A stretch of 53,983 bases of DNA from an uncultured Bacilli bacterium. Its GTDB lineage: Bacteria; Bacillota_I; Bacilli_A; RFN20; CAG-288. A program made the translations under genes and the position numbers. The notes beneath the pieces were generated by a model, which was given only the letters and a program-made list of their open reading frames with translations, made no database searches and was not told the origin of the DNA. Positions 1 to 10,715 of the stretch are shown in pieces. Numbering within the stretch: position 1 is the first letter of the stretch; each line of letters begins with the position of its first letter. The stretch covers positions 1 through 53,983 of the forward strand of contig CALVKB010000004.1 of the NCBI GenBank assembly GCA_944332485.1, written 5' to 3'.

Positions 1-43
1 TTGAAGTCAAAAAACAGCATTATCATTTTAAAAAATTTTTAAG

Positions 44-75
44 TGCTTAGTTTTGCATTAAATATGATAAATAAC
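44..75. repeat. Dispersed 32-bp repeat, copy 1 (matches loop and right arm of the palindrome at 27880-27929)
   Basis: tgcttagttttgcattaaatatgataaataac is 31/32 identical to 27898-27929. Confidence 0.8.
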
Positions 76-150
76 AGAATAGTTGTAAATTTATATTTTA
101 TTCATATTTAATAATATATAATTTATAAGATTTAACATAAGGATTTTTAT

Positions 151-963
151 ATGGATAAAATTAAAATAGTAGACTTATATTGCAAAGCGGAAAATTCCTC
201 CGAGATTCTCAAAGGAGTCAATCTTGAGATCAACAAAGGGGATATCATCGCTTTTTTAGGACCAAACGGTCATGGTAAATCAACTTTGTTAAATGTTTTG
301 ATGGGTGATCCAACCTACAAAATTACAAAAGGTAAAATATATTTTGATGATGTTGATATAACTTCATATACTCCAGATCAAAGAAGCAAATTAGGGATGT
401 TTTTAAGTTTTCAATCACCTATAAGTATCCCTGGCGTTGTTTCTATGGACTTTTTTAAGATGGCTTTGAACGCTCATAAAGATAAACCTATGAAGATGTT
501 TGAATATTATAGGATTCTTGAGAAAGCTTATAAGGATCTCAACATGGATTTTTCCTACGCACAGAGATTTTTGAACGATGGATTTTCCGGTGGTGAGAGA
601 AAGAAAAACGAAATACTTCAAATGAATATTTTGAAACCTGATTTTTGCATGTTGGATGAGATCGATTCCGGTTTGGATGTCGATGCTTTGAATATCATCG
701 CCGAAAATATCAACGCTTTGTACAAGGAGAAACAATCGACATTTTTGATAATATCACACTATTCAAAACTTTATTCTTTAGTCAAACCTAACAGAACAAT
801 CGTCATTATTGATGGTAAGATAGTTTTGAATGAAGATGGCGAACTTGCAATGTTAGTTTCGGAAAATGGTTATTCATATCTTTCTAAGAAGTACAACATA
901 AGAATAACTAAACAGCAGGAAAAACAAAGTGTTCTTGGAACATGTGGTAATAAGGTTATATGA
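151..963 (+). CDS. sufC: Fe-S cluster assembly ATPase SufC
   Basis: Walker A GPNGHGKST, FSGGERKKNEILQ, LDEIDSGLDVDAL; first gene of suf cluster. Confidence 0.95.
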   Translation: MDKIKIVDLYCKAENSSEILKGVNLEINKGDIIAFLGPNGHGKSTLLNVLMGDPTYKITKGKIYFDDVDITSYTPDQRSKLGMFLSFQSPISIPGVVSMDFFKMALNAHKDKPMKMFEYYRILEKAYKDLNMDFSYAQRFLNDGFSGGERKKNEILQMNILKPDFCMLDEIDSGLDVDALNIIAENINALYKEKQSTFLIISHYSKLYSLVKPNRTIVIIDGKIVLNEDGELAMLVSENGYSYLSKKYNIRITKQQEKQSVLGTCGNKVI

Positions 964-1616
964 TGAAATTTTTCAACGACAAACAATTTGATAACAAGAC
1001 TTTAAGTATTGAAAATTGTTTTATATTTGATAAAACCAATTTAGTTTTTGATAATCAAATTGTTTTAAATAATGATGAATCCAAAACTATTTTCATCTTT
1101 GATTTTTCAAAACATTCACAATTTAATCTGCATGTTCTTCTTCATAAAAATAGCTCATTTAATTTTTATTATGCTGCTATCAAAGATTCGGATTTTGAAA
1201 AGAATATCAAGATCAAAATAGACCATTTGGAAGAACACTCAACTTCGCATGTTGAGATGTTCGGGCTGAACAATTCACAAAAAAATAGCATGCGATTTGA
1301 TATGATTGCCTCAATTTTTAATAAAGCAATCAAGTGTGCAACTAGAGTTGAAGGAAAAATTGTCAACTTAAAAGAAAAATGCTCTTCAACTGTTTTACCG
1401 ATTTTGAACATTGAGGAAAATGACGTTAAAGCAAGCCATGGTGCGGCTTTAGGTACCATCGATCAAAGGATGATTTACTATTTGACATCAAGAGGAGTAG
1501 AGCAAGAACAAGCCAAGAAACTTGTTACAGCTTCTTACTTTAGAAAAATAGTCGATCTACTTACTGATGAGAAGATTAAAAAAGATGTTTTAAAACATCT
1601 TATAAATATCAATTAG
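960..1616 (+). CDS. sufD: Fe-S cluster assembly protein SufD (short form)
   Basis: C-terminal PILNIEENDVKASHGAA...YYLTSRG motif; between sufC and sufS. Confidence 0.85.
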   Translation: MMKFFNDKQFDNKTLSIENCFIFDKTNLVFDNQIVLNNDESKTIFIFDFSKHSQFNLHVLLHKNSSFNFYYAAIKDSDFEKNIKIKIDHLEEHSTSHVEMFGLNNSQKNSMRFDMIASIFNKAIKCATRVEGKIVNLKEKCSSTVLPILNIEENDVKASHGAALGTIDQRMIYYLTSRGVEQEQAKKLVTASYFRKIVDLLTDEKIKKDVLKHLININ

Positions 1617-1625
1617 GAGGTTAGT

Positions 1626-2861
1626 ATGGAGATTTTGGATGCTAAAAAAATAAGAGAAGATTTTCCAATATACAAGAACACCAGCTTGATGGATGGTCAT
1701 CCTTTAGCTTATCTTGATAATGCTGCTACAACCTTCAAACCTTACAAAGTTATCGATGCAATAAGATATTATTATGAAAATGAAACAAGTAATGCACACA
1801 GAGGTGATTATCGTTTATCAGCGAATGTTGATTATAAATATGAATTAGCACGTAAAAAAGTTGCAAAATTTATCAATGCTAAGGATATTGAAGTGTGCTT
1901 TACTTCAGGTACAAGCATGTCTTTGAATATGATTGCTTATGGTTTAGCTGATTTATTGAATGAAGGTGATGAAATTTTAATAACTGAAGCCGAACATGCT
2001 TCAAATGTTCTTCCTTGGTTCAACATCGCAAAAAGACATAACTTTGTTATTAAATATGTCCCCTTGACTAAAGATGGTCGTTTGACTGTTGAGAATTTCA
2101 AAAAATCTATAACTAAAAAAACCAAAGTTGTCAGTTTAGCTCATGTTACCAATGTTTTAGGTTACACAGTTGATGTTAAAACATTGGCTAAAATAGCTCA
2201 TGAAAATGGAGCATATTTTGTCTGTGATGGTGCACAAAGTGTTCCACATATCAAAACTGATGTTAAGGATTTGGATATTGACTTTTTGGCTTTCTCAGGG
2301 CATAAAATGCTAGGTCCAACTGGTATTGGTGTTCTTTATGGAAAATATGAACTTTTGACAAAGATCAATCCACTTCTTTCCGGTGGTGGTATGACCTCAC
2401 GCTTTGATACTTGTGGTGATATAACCTACTCGATGGTTCCTTATAAATTTGAAGCAGGAACACAAAATATCGCGGGGGCGATCGGTTTAGGTGAAGCTTG
2501 TGAATATTTACAAGAAATCGGTCTTGATAAGATTTATCAGCATGAGATGAATTTAAGAAATTACGCCATATCAAAACTTGAAAAACTTGATAATGTTATT
2601 TTGTACAACAAAGATGCCGATCACGGTATCATAACTTTCAATATAAAGAATATCAATTCTCAGGACATCGCTACATATATGTCCAGCAAAGGTGTTTGTG
2701 TGAGATCCGGCCAACATTGTGCTAAGATACTTTTGGATTTTTTACAAACTGAATCCACTTTGCGTTGTTCATTTTATCTTTACAACACCTATGAAGATGT
2801 TGATCAACTTGTTGAATGTTGCATAAATGGAGGTGATTTTCTAGATGCCTTTTTCTTATGA
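1626..2861 (+). CDS. sufS: Cysteine desulfurase SufS
   Basis: YLDNAATT, PLP-lysine motif SGHKMLGP, group II RSGQHCA. Confidence 0.95.
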   Translation: MEILDAKKIREDFPIYKNTSLMDGHPLAYLDNAATTFKPYKVIDAIRYYYENETSNAHRGDYRLSANVDYKYELARKKVAKFINAKDIEVCFTSGTSMSLNMIAYGLADLLNEGDEILITEAEHASNVLPWFNIAKRHNFVIKYVPLTKDGRLTVENFKKSITKKTKVVSLAHVTNVLGYTVDVKTLAKIAHENGAYFVCDGAQSVPHIKTDVKDLDIDFLAFSGHKMLGPTGIGVLYGKYELLTKINPLLSGGGMTSRFDTCGDITYSMVPYKFEAGTQNIAGAIGLGEACEYLQEIGLDKIYQHEMNLRNYAISKLEKLDNVILYNKDADHGIITFNIKNINSQDIATYMSSKGVCVRSGQHCAKILLDFLQTESTLRCSFYLYNTYEDVDQLVECCINGGDFLDAFFL

Positions 2862-3309
2862 TGCGAATATTTTGAGAGAAATTATCCTCGATCATTATCA
2901 AAATCCGAGAAATTATAAACAGATTGATAGTGATGATTTTATAAAAATTCATATGGATCATTCTGATAACTGCACAGATGATATATATGTTTATTTGAAA
3001 GTTGAAAATAATGTGATCAAAGAATGTTATTGGTATGGTCACGCTTGTGCTATATCAACAGCTTCTAGTTCAATTATGACTGAACTTGTTGTCAATAAAA
3101 CAGTTGAAGAAGCAACTAAAATTATGGACGAGTTCAACAAGATGATGAAAAACGAAGAATTTGATGAATCAATCCTTGATGAAGCTGTTTGCTTTGTCAA
3201 CACCTATCGTCAACCATCACGAGTCGGATGTGCCACTATCTCTTGGCGAGGTTTGAAAGAAGCCTTTGAGCATTTGAAGCATGAAGGAGATTGCGACTGT
3301 GGAAAATAA
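2845..3309 (+). CDS. sufU: SufU sulfur-transfer protein
   Basis: [33 protein letters not shown]. Confidence 0.9.
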   Translation: MPFSYDANILREIILDHYQNPRNYKQIDSDDFIKIHMDHSDNCTDDIYVYLKVENNVIKECYWYGHACAISTASSSIMTELVVNKTVEEATKIMDEFNKMMKNEEFDESILDEAVCFVNTYRQPSRVGCATISWRGLKEAFEHLKHEGDCDCGK

Positions 3310-4660
3310 TTATATTGATGAACTTGTCATCTCCACTGGCAAAGGTTTGAATGAGGATGTCGTCAGACAGATATCCAAATTCAAAAATGAACCAGAATGG
3401 ATGTTACAAATAAGACTCGATGCTTTAAAAGAATTTTTAAAACATCCAAATCCAAAATTTGGACCTGATTTAAATTTCATAAATTTCCAAGATTACACTT
3501 ACTATAAGAAGGTTTCTAAGGATGTTGAAAAAAGTTGGGATAATGTTCCAACAAAAGTTAAGGACACCTTTGATAAGTTAGGTTTGCCAGAAGCTGAGCA
3601 AAAATATCTTGCAGGAATCACCACTCAATATGAATCAGAAGCTGTCTATCATAATATGCTTAAAGAGGTCAGTGAGAAAAATGTCATATTCTTAGATACT
3701 GATACTGCCTTAAAACAACACCCTGAGATTTTTAAAAAGTACTTTGGAAAAATAGTGCCTTACACCGATAATAAATACGCCGCATTGAACACAGCTGTTT
3801 GGTCCGGCGGGAGCTTTATTTATGTTCCAAAAGGTGTCATTTTAGATAAACCATTGCAATCATATTTCAGAATCAATTCACAAAGAAGTGGACAATTTGA
3901 AAGAACACTTATTATTGTTGAAGATGAGTCAAGTTTGCATTATGTTGAAGGTTGTACCGCTCCAACTTACTCCTTTGACAGTTTACATGCTGCTATTGTT
4001 GAAATATATGTTGGTAAAAGATCAAAAATGCGTTATTCAACAATTCAAAACTGGTCAACTAACATAATAAACTTAGTGACAAAAAGAGCATTGGTTGAGG
4101 AAGATGGTTTGATGGAATGGGTCGATGGTAATATCGGATCCGGTTTGAATATGAAATACCCATGCTGTGTTTTAAAAGGTGATAGAAGCAAAGGTAGCTG
4201 TATCTCAATTGCTGTTAGCAGCAAGAATCAATATCAAGATGCAGGTGCTAAAATGATACATCTTGGCAAAGAAACAACTTCAAAGATAATCTCAAAATCG
4301 ATTGTCAAAGAAGGTGGTGTTTCAAATTACAGAGGTATAGTTGATATTAAAAGTTCATCTAGCAATTCCAAAGCTCACGTAGAATGTGATACTTTGATTT
4401 TAGATGATATCAGTAAATCAGATACCATTGAAACTAACAACGTAAATAATAACACTTCATTTTTGGAACATGAGGCGAGTGTTAGTAAAATAAGCGAATC
4501 TGATCTTTATTATTTGATGAGTCGTGGATTATCAAAAAAAGAAGCTACTCATCTTATTGTTATGGGATTTATCGAACCATTCAGTTCAGAGTTACCTATG
4601 GAATATGCAGTTGAATTAAATCAATTGATAAAATTGGATATGGAAGGTTCAATTGGATAG
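3281..4660 (+). CDS. sufB: Fe-S cluster assembly scaffold SufB
   Basis: [33 protein letters not shown]. Confidence 0.95.
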   Translation: MKEIATVENNYIDELVISTGKGLNEDVVRQISKFKNEPEWMLQIRLDALKEFLKHPNPKFGPDLNFINFQDYTYYKKVSKDVEKSWDNVPTKVKDTFDKLGLPEAEQKYLAGITTQYESEAVYHNMLKEVSEKNVIFLDTDTALKQHPEIFKKYFGKIVPYTDNKYAALNTAVWSGGSFIYVPKGVILDKPLQSYFRINSQRSGQFERTLIIVEDESSLHYVEGCTAPTYSFDSLHAAIVEIYVGKRSKMRYSTIQNWSTNIINLVTKRALVEEDGLMEWVDGNIGSGLNMKYPCCVLKGDRSKGSCISIAVSSKNQYQDAGAKMIHLGKETTSKIISKSIVKEGGVSNYRGIVDIKSSSSNSKAHVECDTLILDDISKSDTIETNNVNNNTSFLEHEASVSKISESDLYYLMSRGLSKKEATHLIVMGFIEPFSSELPMEYAVELNQLIKLDMEGSIG

Positions 4661-4661
4661 T

Positions 4662-6551
4662 ATGAAAGTTGATTTTGATGTAATCGTCGTCGGTGGTGGT
4701 CATGCTGGAAGCGAAGCAAGTCATGCTTGTGCTGTAATGGGTAAAAAGACTTTACTTTGTGTTTTAAATATAAATATGATCGCCAATATGCCGTGTAATC
4801 CCTCTATAGGTGGTTCTGCCAAAGGTATCGTAGTTCGTGAGATAGATGCTTTAGGTGGAATTATGGGAAAACTCGCCGATAAGCATTATATGCAGATGAA
4901 GATTTTAAATCTTTCAAAAGGGCCCGGAGTCCAGTCTTTACGTTCACAAGAGGATAAAAAAACTTATCCACTTTGTGTCCGTGACTATCTTTTGCAAACA
5001 GAAAATTTGACCATATGGCAAATTGAAGTTACAAAGATTGAAAGACTCACTACAAATGAAGATGAAGAATCTTATTTTCAAATAAGTTTTGCTGATAATA
5101 GAGAAAAAATTATCGTTCGAAGTGTTATTTTGTGCACAGGAACATTTCTTGAGTCAGTTATCTTGCGAGGTCATACTGTGACACCAGCCGGTCCGGATGG
5201 TGAAAATCCAAGCCATGGATTATCCAAGTCTTTGAGAGAACTTGGGTTAGATTTATTCAGACTTAAAACTGGTACTCCACCAAGAATTAAAAAAGATAGT
5301 ATCGATTTTTCAGTATTGGAACCTCAATATGGAACAGAAGGTAATATTGCCTTCAGTTTTGATACCACTGAATTTTTACCTTTGGACAAACAATGTGTTT
5401 GTTATTTAACATATACAAATGAAAAGACACATCAAATAATTAAAGAACATTTGTCAGATTCAGCTATGTACGGTGGAGTTGTCACAGGAGTTGGTCCAAG
5501 ATATTGCCCTTCCATTGAAGATAAAATTGTCCGTTTTAAAGATAAAGAGAGACATCTTTTATTTTTGGAACCGGAGAGTTTTTCAAATGATTCAATCTAT
5601 CTGCAGGGATTCTCGACTTCGATGCCTGTTGATGTTCAAGAGAAGATGGTGCATTCACTAAAAGGTTTGGAACATTGTGAAATATTGAAATATGCTTATG
5701 CGATTGAATACGATGCGATAAAACCTTTGGAATTCTCGCAAAGTTTGATGTCTTATAAAGTTAAAGGGTTGTTCGGAGCGGGTCAAGTTATAGGAACAAG
5801 TGGATATGAAGAAGCCGCAGCTTTAGGTTTGATGGCAGCGATCAATTGTGTCAGATATTTGAACAAGGAGAATTCATTTATTCTAAGACGTGATGAAGCT
5901 TATATTGGAATCATGATTGATGACCTTGTCACCAAAGGTACAGAAGAACCATATAGACTTTTATCTTCAAGAAATGAATTTAGAATGATTGCAAGAAGTG
6001 ATAATGCTGATAGTCGTTTGATGAAGTATGGCTATGAACTTGGGTTAAATTCCAAACAAAGATATCAAAGATTCTTAGATAAAAGAAAGAATATCGAAAA
6101 TGCAATCAAAGCTTTGAACAAAGTTCATGTTGGTAACAATAAAGAAGTTAAAGAATATATTAAAAATTTAGGATTTGAAGAACCTTCAAGCGATCAATCT
6201 TTTTACAATTTATTGAAACGACAATTTGTTGAATATAAAAAATTGCAAAAGTTTGCAACATTGCCATTTTTAAGTGATACAGAAATAAACTGTTTGGAAA
6301 TTGAAGCAAAGTATGAAGGATACATCAAAATGGCTTATGAACAAGCTTTCAAACTCAAACAGATGGAAGATTATAAAATACCAAGTGATATTGATTACAA
6401 ACAGATTACAGGTATAAGTTTGGAAGCAAGAGAGATGCTAAGTAAAATCAAACCTTCAACAATCGGGTTAGCCTCAAGGGTAATTTCTGTTCATCCAGCC
6501 GATATTGATACACTTTTGTTTTATATAAAACACAAACAAAAGAATAAATAA
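4662..6551 (+). CDS. mnmG: tRNA uridine-34 modification enzyme MnmG (GidA)
   Basis: GGGHAG, MPCNPSIGG, RLKTGTPPR, GPRYCPSIEDK, GTSGYEEAA; ATG 4662 preferred over TTG 4653. Confidence 0.96.
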   Translation: MKVDFDVIVVGGGHAGSEASHACAVMGKKTLLCVLNINMIANMPCNPSIGGSAKGIVVREIDALGGIMGKLADKHYMQMKILNLSKGPGVQSLRSQEDKKTYPLCVRDYLLQTENLTIWQIEVTKIERLTTNEDEESYFQISFADNREKIIVRSVILCTGTFLESVILRGHTVTPAGPDGENPSHGLSKSLRELGLDLFRLKTGTPPRIKKDSIDFSVLEPQYGTEGNIAFSFDTTEFLPLDKQCVCYLTYTNEKTHQIIKEHLSDSAMYGGVVTGVGPRYCPSIEDKIVRFKDKERHLLFLEPESFSNDSIYLQGFSTSMPVDVQEKMVHSLKGLEHCEILKYAYAIEYDAIKPLEFSQSLMSYKVKGLFGAGQVIGTSGYEEAAALGLMAAINCVRYLNKENSFILRRDEAYIGIMIDDLVTKGTEEPYRLLSSRNEFRMIARSDNADSRLMKYGYELGLNSKQRYQRFLDKRKNIENAIKALNKVHVGNNKEVKEYIKNLGFEEPSSDQSFYNLLKRQFVEYKKLQKFATLPFLSDTEINCLEIEAKYEGYIKMAYEQAFKLKQMEDYKIPSDIDYKQITGISLEAREMLSKIKPSTIGLASRVISVHPADIDTLLFYIKHKQKNK

Positions 6552-6561
6552 AGTGATATTT

Positions 6562-6585
6562 TTTGTTCATTTTTTAATGAACAAA
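6562..6585. terminator. Hairpin after mnmG, probable terminator
   Basis: TTTGTTCATT-tttt-AATGAACAAA perfect 10-bp inverted repeat; AT-rich. Confidence 0.4.
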
Positions 6586-6662
6586 TATTGTTTTTGAGTT
6601 TATGTTAGTTTCAATATAAAAATATCAAATTTTATATAATTTGAGATTAAGGAAGGTGATTT

Positions 6663-7169
6663 ATGGAAATAAACGAAAAATTTGAAAATTCACAAGAGAA
6701 TATCAACAAGTATATTCTTGGATTTGATCTTCATGAAAGAGAAGATAGTCAAGCTAGTTTCATCAATTTATTCCAAGCGATGATGAAACTTAAATTTGCA
6801 ATGCCTATTAGAGCAATTTCAGTTGATAAAGAAACTGGTGAACGTTTAATAATGCCTCGTATGATAGAAAATGCTAGTTTACCACAGCCTGACAATTTAT
6901 TTATACCATTCTTCATTTCAGAGCAAAACATGGTTGATTGTATGAGAAAAATCGGATTTATCAAAGAAGATGAAAAATGTGATTATATCGTTTATGATTT
7001 TATAGACCTTTTGAAGAAATACGATTTAAGTAAAGATGAAGTTGCTGCTGGACTTGTATTTGAACCTATGCATGAAAGTTTCAAATTCTTCGCTGGGCAT
7101 TTTGCTTATATAAATCATTTAATTAGAAACTTTGAAAGCTTAAAAGGCACAAATGTTGAAAAAAAGTAG
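6663..7169 (+). CDS. Hypothetical protein, possibly SseB N-terminal-like
   Basis: RBS aaggaaggtg; FIPFFIS and GLVFEP segments loosely resemble the SseB family. Confidence 0.55.
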   Translation: MEINEKFENSQENINKYILGFDLHEREDSQASFINLFQAMMKLKFAMPIRAISVDKETGERLIMPRMIENASLPQPDNLFIPFFISEQNMVDCMRKIGFIKEDEKCDYIVYDFIDLLKKYDLSKDEVAAGLVFEPMHESFKFFAGHFAYINHLIRNFESLKGTNVEKK

Positions 7170-8970
7170 ATTATTAAAATCGGATGATAAAGTTGAAAAT
7201 ATAAAAGTTAAAGATTCCATGAGAAAATACAAAAAGTATTTTATTATGGGTCCTATTTTTAAGACTTTTGAAGCAGTTTTCGATTTGATCATCCCTTTAA
7301 TAATGAAAAATATCCTCGATACAATCTCTTCGGGAGTATTATTAACCGATAGTGCAAATTTGAAATACACTTTGATAGGTGGATTGATAATTCTCTCTTT
7401 AGGTATCCTTGGTTTTGCTTCTACGATGGTTTGCCAATATATGGCGAGTGTGGCATCTTTGGGTGTCGGAACCGATTTGAGAAACAAAATTTTCAGGAAA
7501 GTTAGTAATTTCTCGTCTAAGGAGTTTGAAAAGTTTTCAACATCTTACTTACATAATGTATTGAATGCGGATAGTGTCAATGTACAAACTGGTGTTAGCA
7601 TGTTTATCCGTTTGGCTTTCCGTGCTCCACTTCTAATTATCGGTTCATTGATAATATCTTTCATATATTCATGGGAGATTGCTCTTTTATTTGTCGGAAT
7701 TATTCCGATCATTTTGTTGATAATCTTCGTTTTTATGAATAAAGTTGCTAAGAAGTATCAAGATATTCAAAAATCATTGGATGATATAAGTACTGTGACA
7801 ACAGATTCTTTGAATGGTTCAAGAGTTATCCGCGCATTCAATAGACAAAATTATGAAACAGTGAAATTTGAAAATTACAATAATAAATATCTTCAACAAG
7901 GAAGATTGATAAGCTTCATCACAGCTTTTATCAATCCACTCACTTTTGCTGTTGTAAATATTGTGATTATCGTTATTATTTATTTGACAAAACTTGATGT
8001 TTCACAAACAGTCAGTGTTTTTTCAACTGACTTGGAAGTTACGACAATAATAACCTTGGTTAATTATCTTGAGCAGATATTCCAAGCTTTGTTGGTTGTC
8101 AGTAATTTAACTAATATATTTAACAAAGCTATCAATTCTTCAAAACGTATCAACGAAGTATTCAAAGTTGATGTTTCAATAAAGAATAACGGAGAGAGAT
8201 TAGTCAAAAATATAAATCTTGGAGATGAGATTATAAAATTTGATCACGCATATTTATCCTATGAAGATGGTGATAACTATGCACTTAAAGATATAACATT
8301 CAGTTTGAATAAAGGTGAATCTCTTGGAATAATTGGTGGTACAGGATCAGGTAAGTCAAGTTTGATAAACTTGATGATGAGATATTCCGATTGTTCAAAA
8401 GGGTCAGTTTATTATAAAGGTGAAAATATTAAAGAATACGATTTACCATCTTTGAGAAATGATTACGGATTGGTTTTACAAAAAGCTATTTTATTCACAG
8501 GAACTATAAAATCAAATATGCAGATGGCTTATGATAGTATCAAAGATGAGGAGATAACCAAAGCTTTGAAAACAAGTTTAGCTTATGAATTTGTTTCAAA
8601 ATACGATGATTATATCGAACATCCAGTAGTTGAAAATGGTAAGAATTTCTCCGGTGGTCAAAAACAACGTTTGTCCATCGCTAGAAGCTTATGCAAGAAG
8701 AATGAACTTTTGATTTTAGATGATTCAACAAGCGCTTTGGATTATCTTTCTGATTTAAATGTTAGAAAAAATATAAATGAAAACTACAAAGAATTAACCA
8801 AAATTATAATCTCACAACGTGTTTCAACTGTTCAAAACTGCGACAAGATTATCGTTATGGAAAACGGATGTATCTCCGGATTGGGAACACATGAAGAGTT
8901 ACTGGAAACAAATATCATTTACAGAGAAACTTTCATGTCCCAACAGAATGGAGGTAAGATCGATGCTTAA
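7153..8970 (+). CDS. Heterodimeric ABC exporter subunit 1 (TMD+NBD)
   Basis: Hydrophobic TM region, GGTGSGKS, FSGGQKQR, degenerate Walker B LILDDS; start may be ATG 7219. Confidence 0.9.
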   Translation: MLKKSRLLKSDDKVENIKVKDSMRKYKKYFIMGPIFKTFEAVFDLIIPLIMKNILDTISSGVLLTDSANLKYTLIGGLIILSLGILGFASTMVCQYMASVASLGVGTDLRNKIFRKVSNFSSKEFEKFSTSYLHNVLNADSVNVQTGVSMFIRLAFRAPLLIIGSLIISFIYSWEIALLFVGIIPIILLIIFVFMNKVAKKYQDIQKSLDDISTVTTDSLNGSRVIRAFNRQNYETVKFENYNNKYLQQGRLISFITAFINPLTFAVVNIVIIVIIYLTKLDVSQTVSVFSTDLEVTTIITLVNYLEQIFQALLVVSNLTNIFNKAINSSKRINEVFKVDVSIKNNGERLVKNINLGDEIIKFDHAYLSYEDGDNYALKDITFSLNKGESLGIIGGTGSGKSSLINLMMRYSDCSKGSVYYKGENIKEYDLPSLRNDYGLVLQKAILFTGTIKSNMQMAYDSIKDEEITKALKTSLAYEFVSKYDDYIEHPVVENGKNFSGGQKQRLSIARSLCKKNELLILDDSTSALDYLSDLNVRKNINENYKELTKIIISQRVSTVQNCDKIIVMENGCISGLGTHEELLETNIIYRETFMSQQNGGKIDA

Positions 8971-10702
8971 GAAATTTTTAAAGTATTTCAAAGGTAATGT
9001 CTGGTTACTTGTTGTAAGTTTACTCTCCGCTTTGATATATGTTGGCTGTATGATAGCCATCCCTTATTTGGTTGGAAAATCCATCGATATGTTCACTTTG
9101 TATTCAGATACTGCAAATGAAGTTTATATGAATTATGTTTTCTACATTATTTTGATAATGACATTTTTGATTGTTTTCGGATTTGTTTTTGATTTTATCT
9201 TTGAAAATTCATTAGGGAGATTGTCTTATAAAATTGCTTATAAAGTTAGAAAAGAGGTTTATGATAAATATAACAGTGTCTCTATAAAAATTCTTGATAA
9301 TATGAAGATGGGTGACTTGTTGCAAAGAAACATTTTAGATGTGGAGTTACTTTTAAATGGTTTGATATCTTCGATAAGTAAATTTTTTGTCGGAGTTATC
9401 ACAATTTGTGCAACAATCGTTTTCATGTTTGTCATCAATTATTTGATGGCTTTGGTTGTTGTTGTCTTGACTCCATTATCATTTTTTGTCTCACGATTTG
9501 TATCTAAAAAATGCAATAAATATTTCAAACAACAATCTAAAGACTCCAGCGTAGTTAATTCTGATTCATTGGAGGTTTTCAGTAATTTGAAATTAGTTCA
9601 AAGTTTCAATTATCAAGATAAAGCCTATGAGAGTTTTGAAAAACACAACGCAACTTTGTATGAAAGTGGGCAGAAAGCTATGTTCAGTTCCTCTTGGGTT
9701 AATCCATCGACAAGATTGGTTAACAATATAATTTACTGCATAGTAGGTATTGTTGGTATTATATTGTTCATCTATCAACCGAATATCGGATTTGTTGTAA
9801 CTATCGGTGCTATCGCTTCATTTTTAAGTTATACAATGCAATATACAAAACCATTCAATGAGATAAGTTCAGTTGTAAGTGAAATAGGTTTAGCGAAAAG
9901 TTCCTTCAAAAGAATCACATCATTTTTATATGAGAAAGATGACATTGATGAAGGGACAATTGAAGATATCAAAGAAATTGAGACTATTGAATTTAAAAAT
10001 GTATGTTTCTCATATGTGCCTAATAAAAAATTGATTGAGAACTTCTCTGTCAAAGTTAATAAAGGTATGAAGGTGGCCATTGTCGGTCCAACAGGTTGTG
10101 GTAAAACAACTATGATAAATCTGTTGATGAGATTTTACGATCCAACAAGCGGTGAGATATTAATTAATGGTATTGATTCAAGAAAATTAACAAAAGAAAC
10201 TTTACGTAATCATTTCAAGATGGTTTTACAAGATAGTTGGATTTTCAATGGAACGATATTTGAAAATGTCAGATATTCAGTTATAGATGCTATTAAAGAG
10301 GATGTTGTTGATGCCTGTAAAAAAGCAAATTGCGATGGTTTTATAAATACTCTTCCTAAAGGTTACGATACGATGGTTGGTAAAAGTTTCTCATTAAGTG
10401 AAGGTGAAAAACAGCTTATCTGTATTTCAAGATGCATGCTCTCTTTAAGTGATGTAGTTATTTTGGATGAAGCGACAAGTTCAGTTGACTCACGTACCGA
10501 GATGAAAATTTCAAAAGCTTTTGATGAATTGATCAAAGGAAAAACTGCTTTTGTCATCGCTCATAGACTTTCAACAATTATCAACTCAGATTTGATTTTA
10601 GTTATGAAAGATGGCAATATAATAGAACAAGGAACACATAAGGAACTTCTTAAAAACGGAAGTTTCTATCCTGTTTTATACATGTCACAGTTTGAACATT
10701 GA
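8963..10702 (+). CDS. Heterodimeric ABC exporter subunit 2 (TMD+NBD)
   Basis: GPTGCGKT, degenerate signature LSEGEKQ, ILDEATS, IAHRLST; RBS ggaggt before ATG 8963. Confidence 0.9.
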   Translation: MLKKFLKYFKGNVWLLVVSLLSALIYVGCMIAIPYLVGKSIDMFTLYSDTANEVYMNYVFYIILIMTFLIVFGFVFDFIFENSLGRLSYKIAYKVRKEVYDKYNSVSIKILDNMKMGDLLQRNILDVELLLNGLISSISKFFVGVITICATIVFMFVINYLMALVVVVLTPLSFFVSRFVSKKCNKYFKQQSKDSSVVNSDSLEVFSNLKLVQSFNYQDKAYESFEKHNATLYESGQKAMFSSSWVNPSTRLVNNIIYCIVGIVGIILFIYQPNIGFVVTIGAIASFLSYTMQYTKPFNEISSVVSEIGLAKSSFKRITSFLYEKDDIDEGTIEDIKEIETIEFKNVCFSYVPNKKLIENFSVKVNKGMKVAIVGPTGCGKTTMINLLMRFYDPTSGEILINGIDSRKLTKETLRNHFKMVLQDSWIFNGTIFENVRYSVIDAIKEDVVDACKKANCDGFINTLPKGYDTMVGKSFSLSEGEKQLICISRCMLSLSDVVILDEATSSVDSRTEMKISKAFDELIKGKTAFVIAHRLSTIINSDLILVMKDGNIIEQGTHKELLKNGSFYPVLYMSQFEH

Positions 10703-10715
10703 TAAGGAGAGATTT

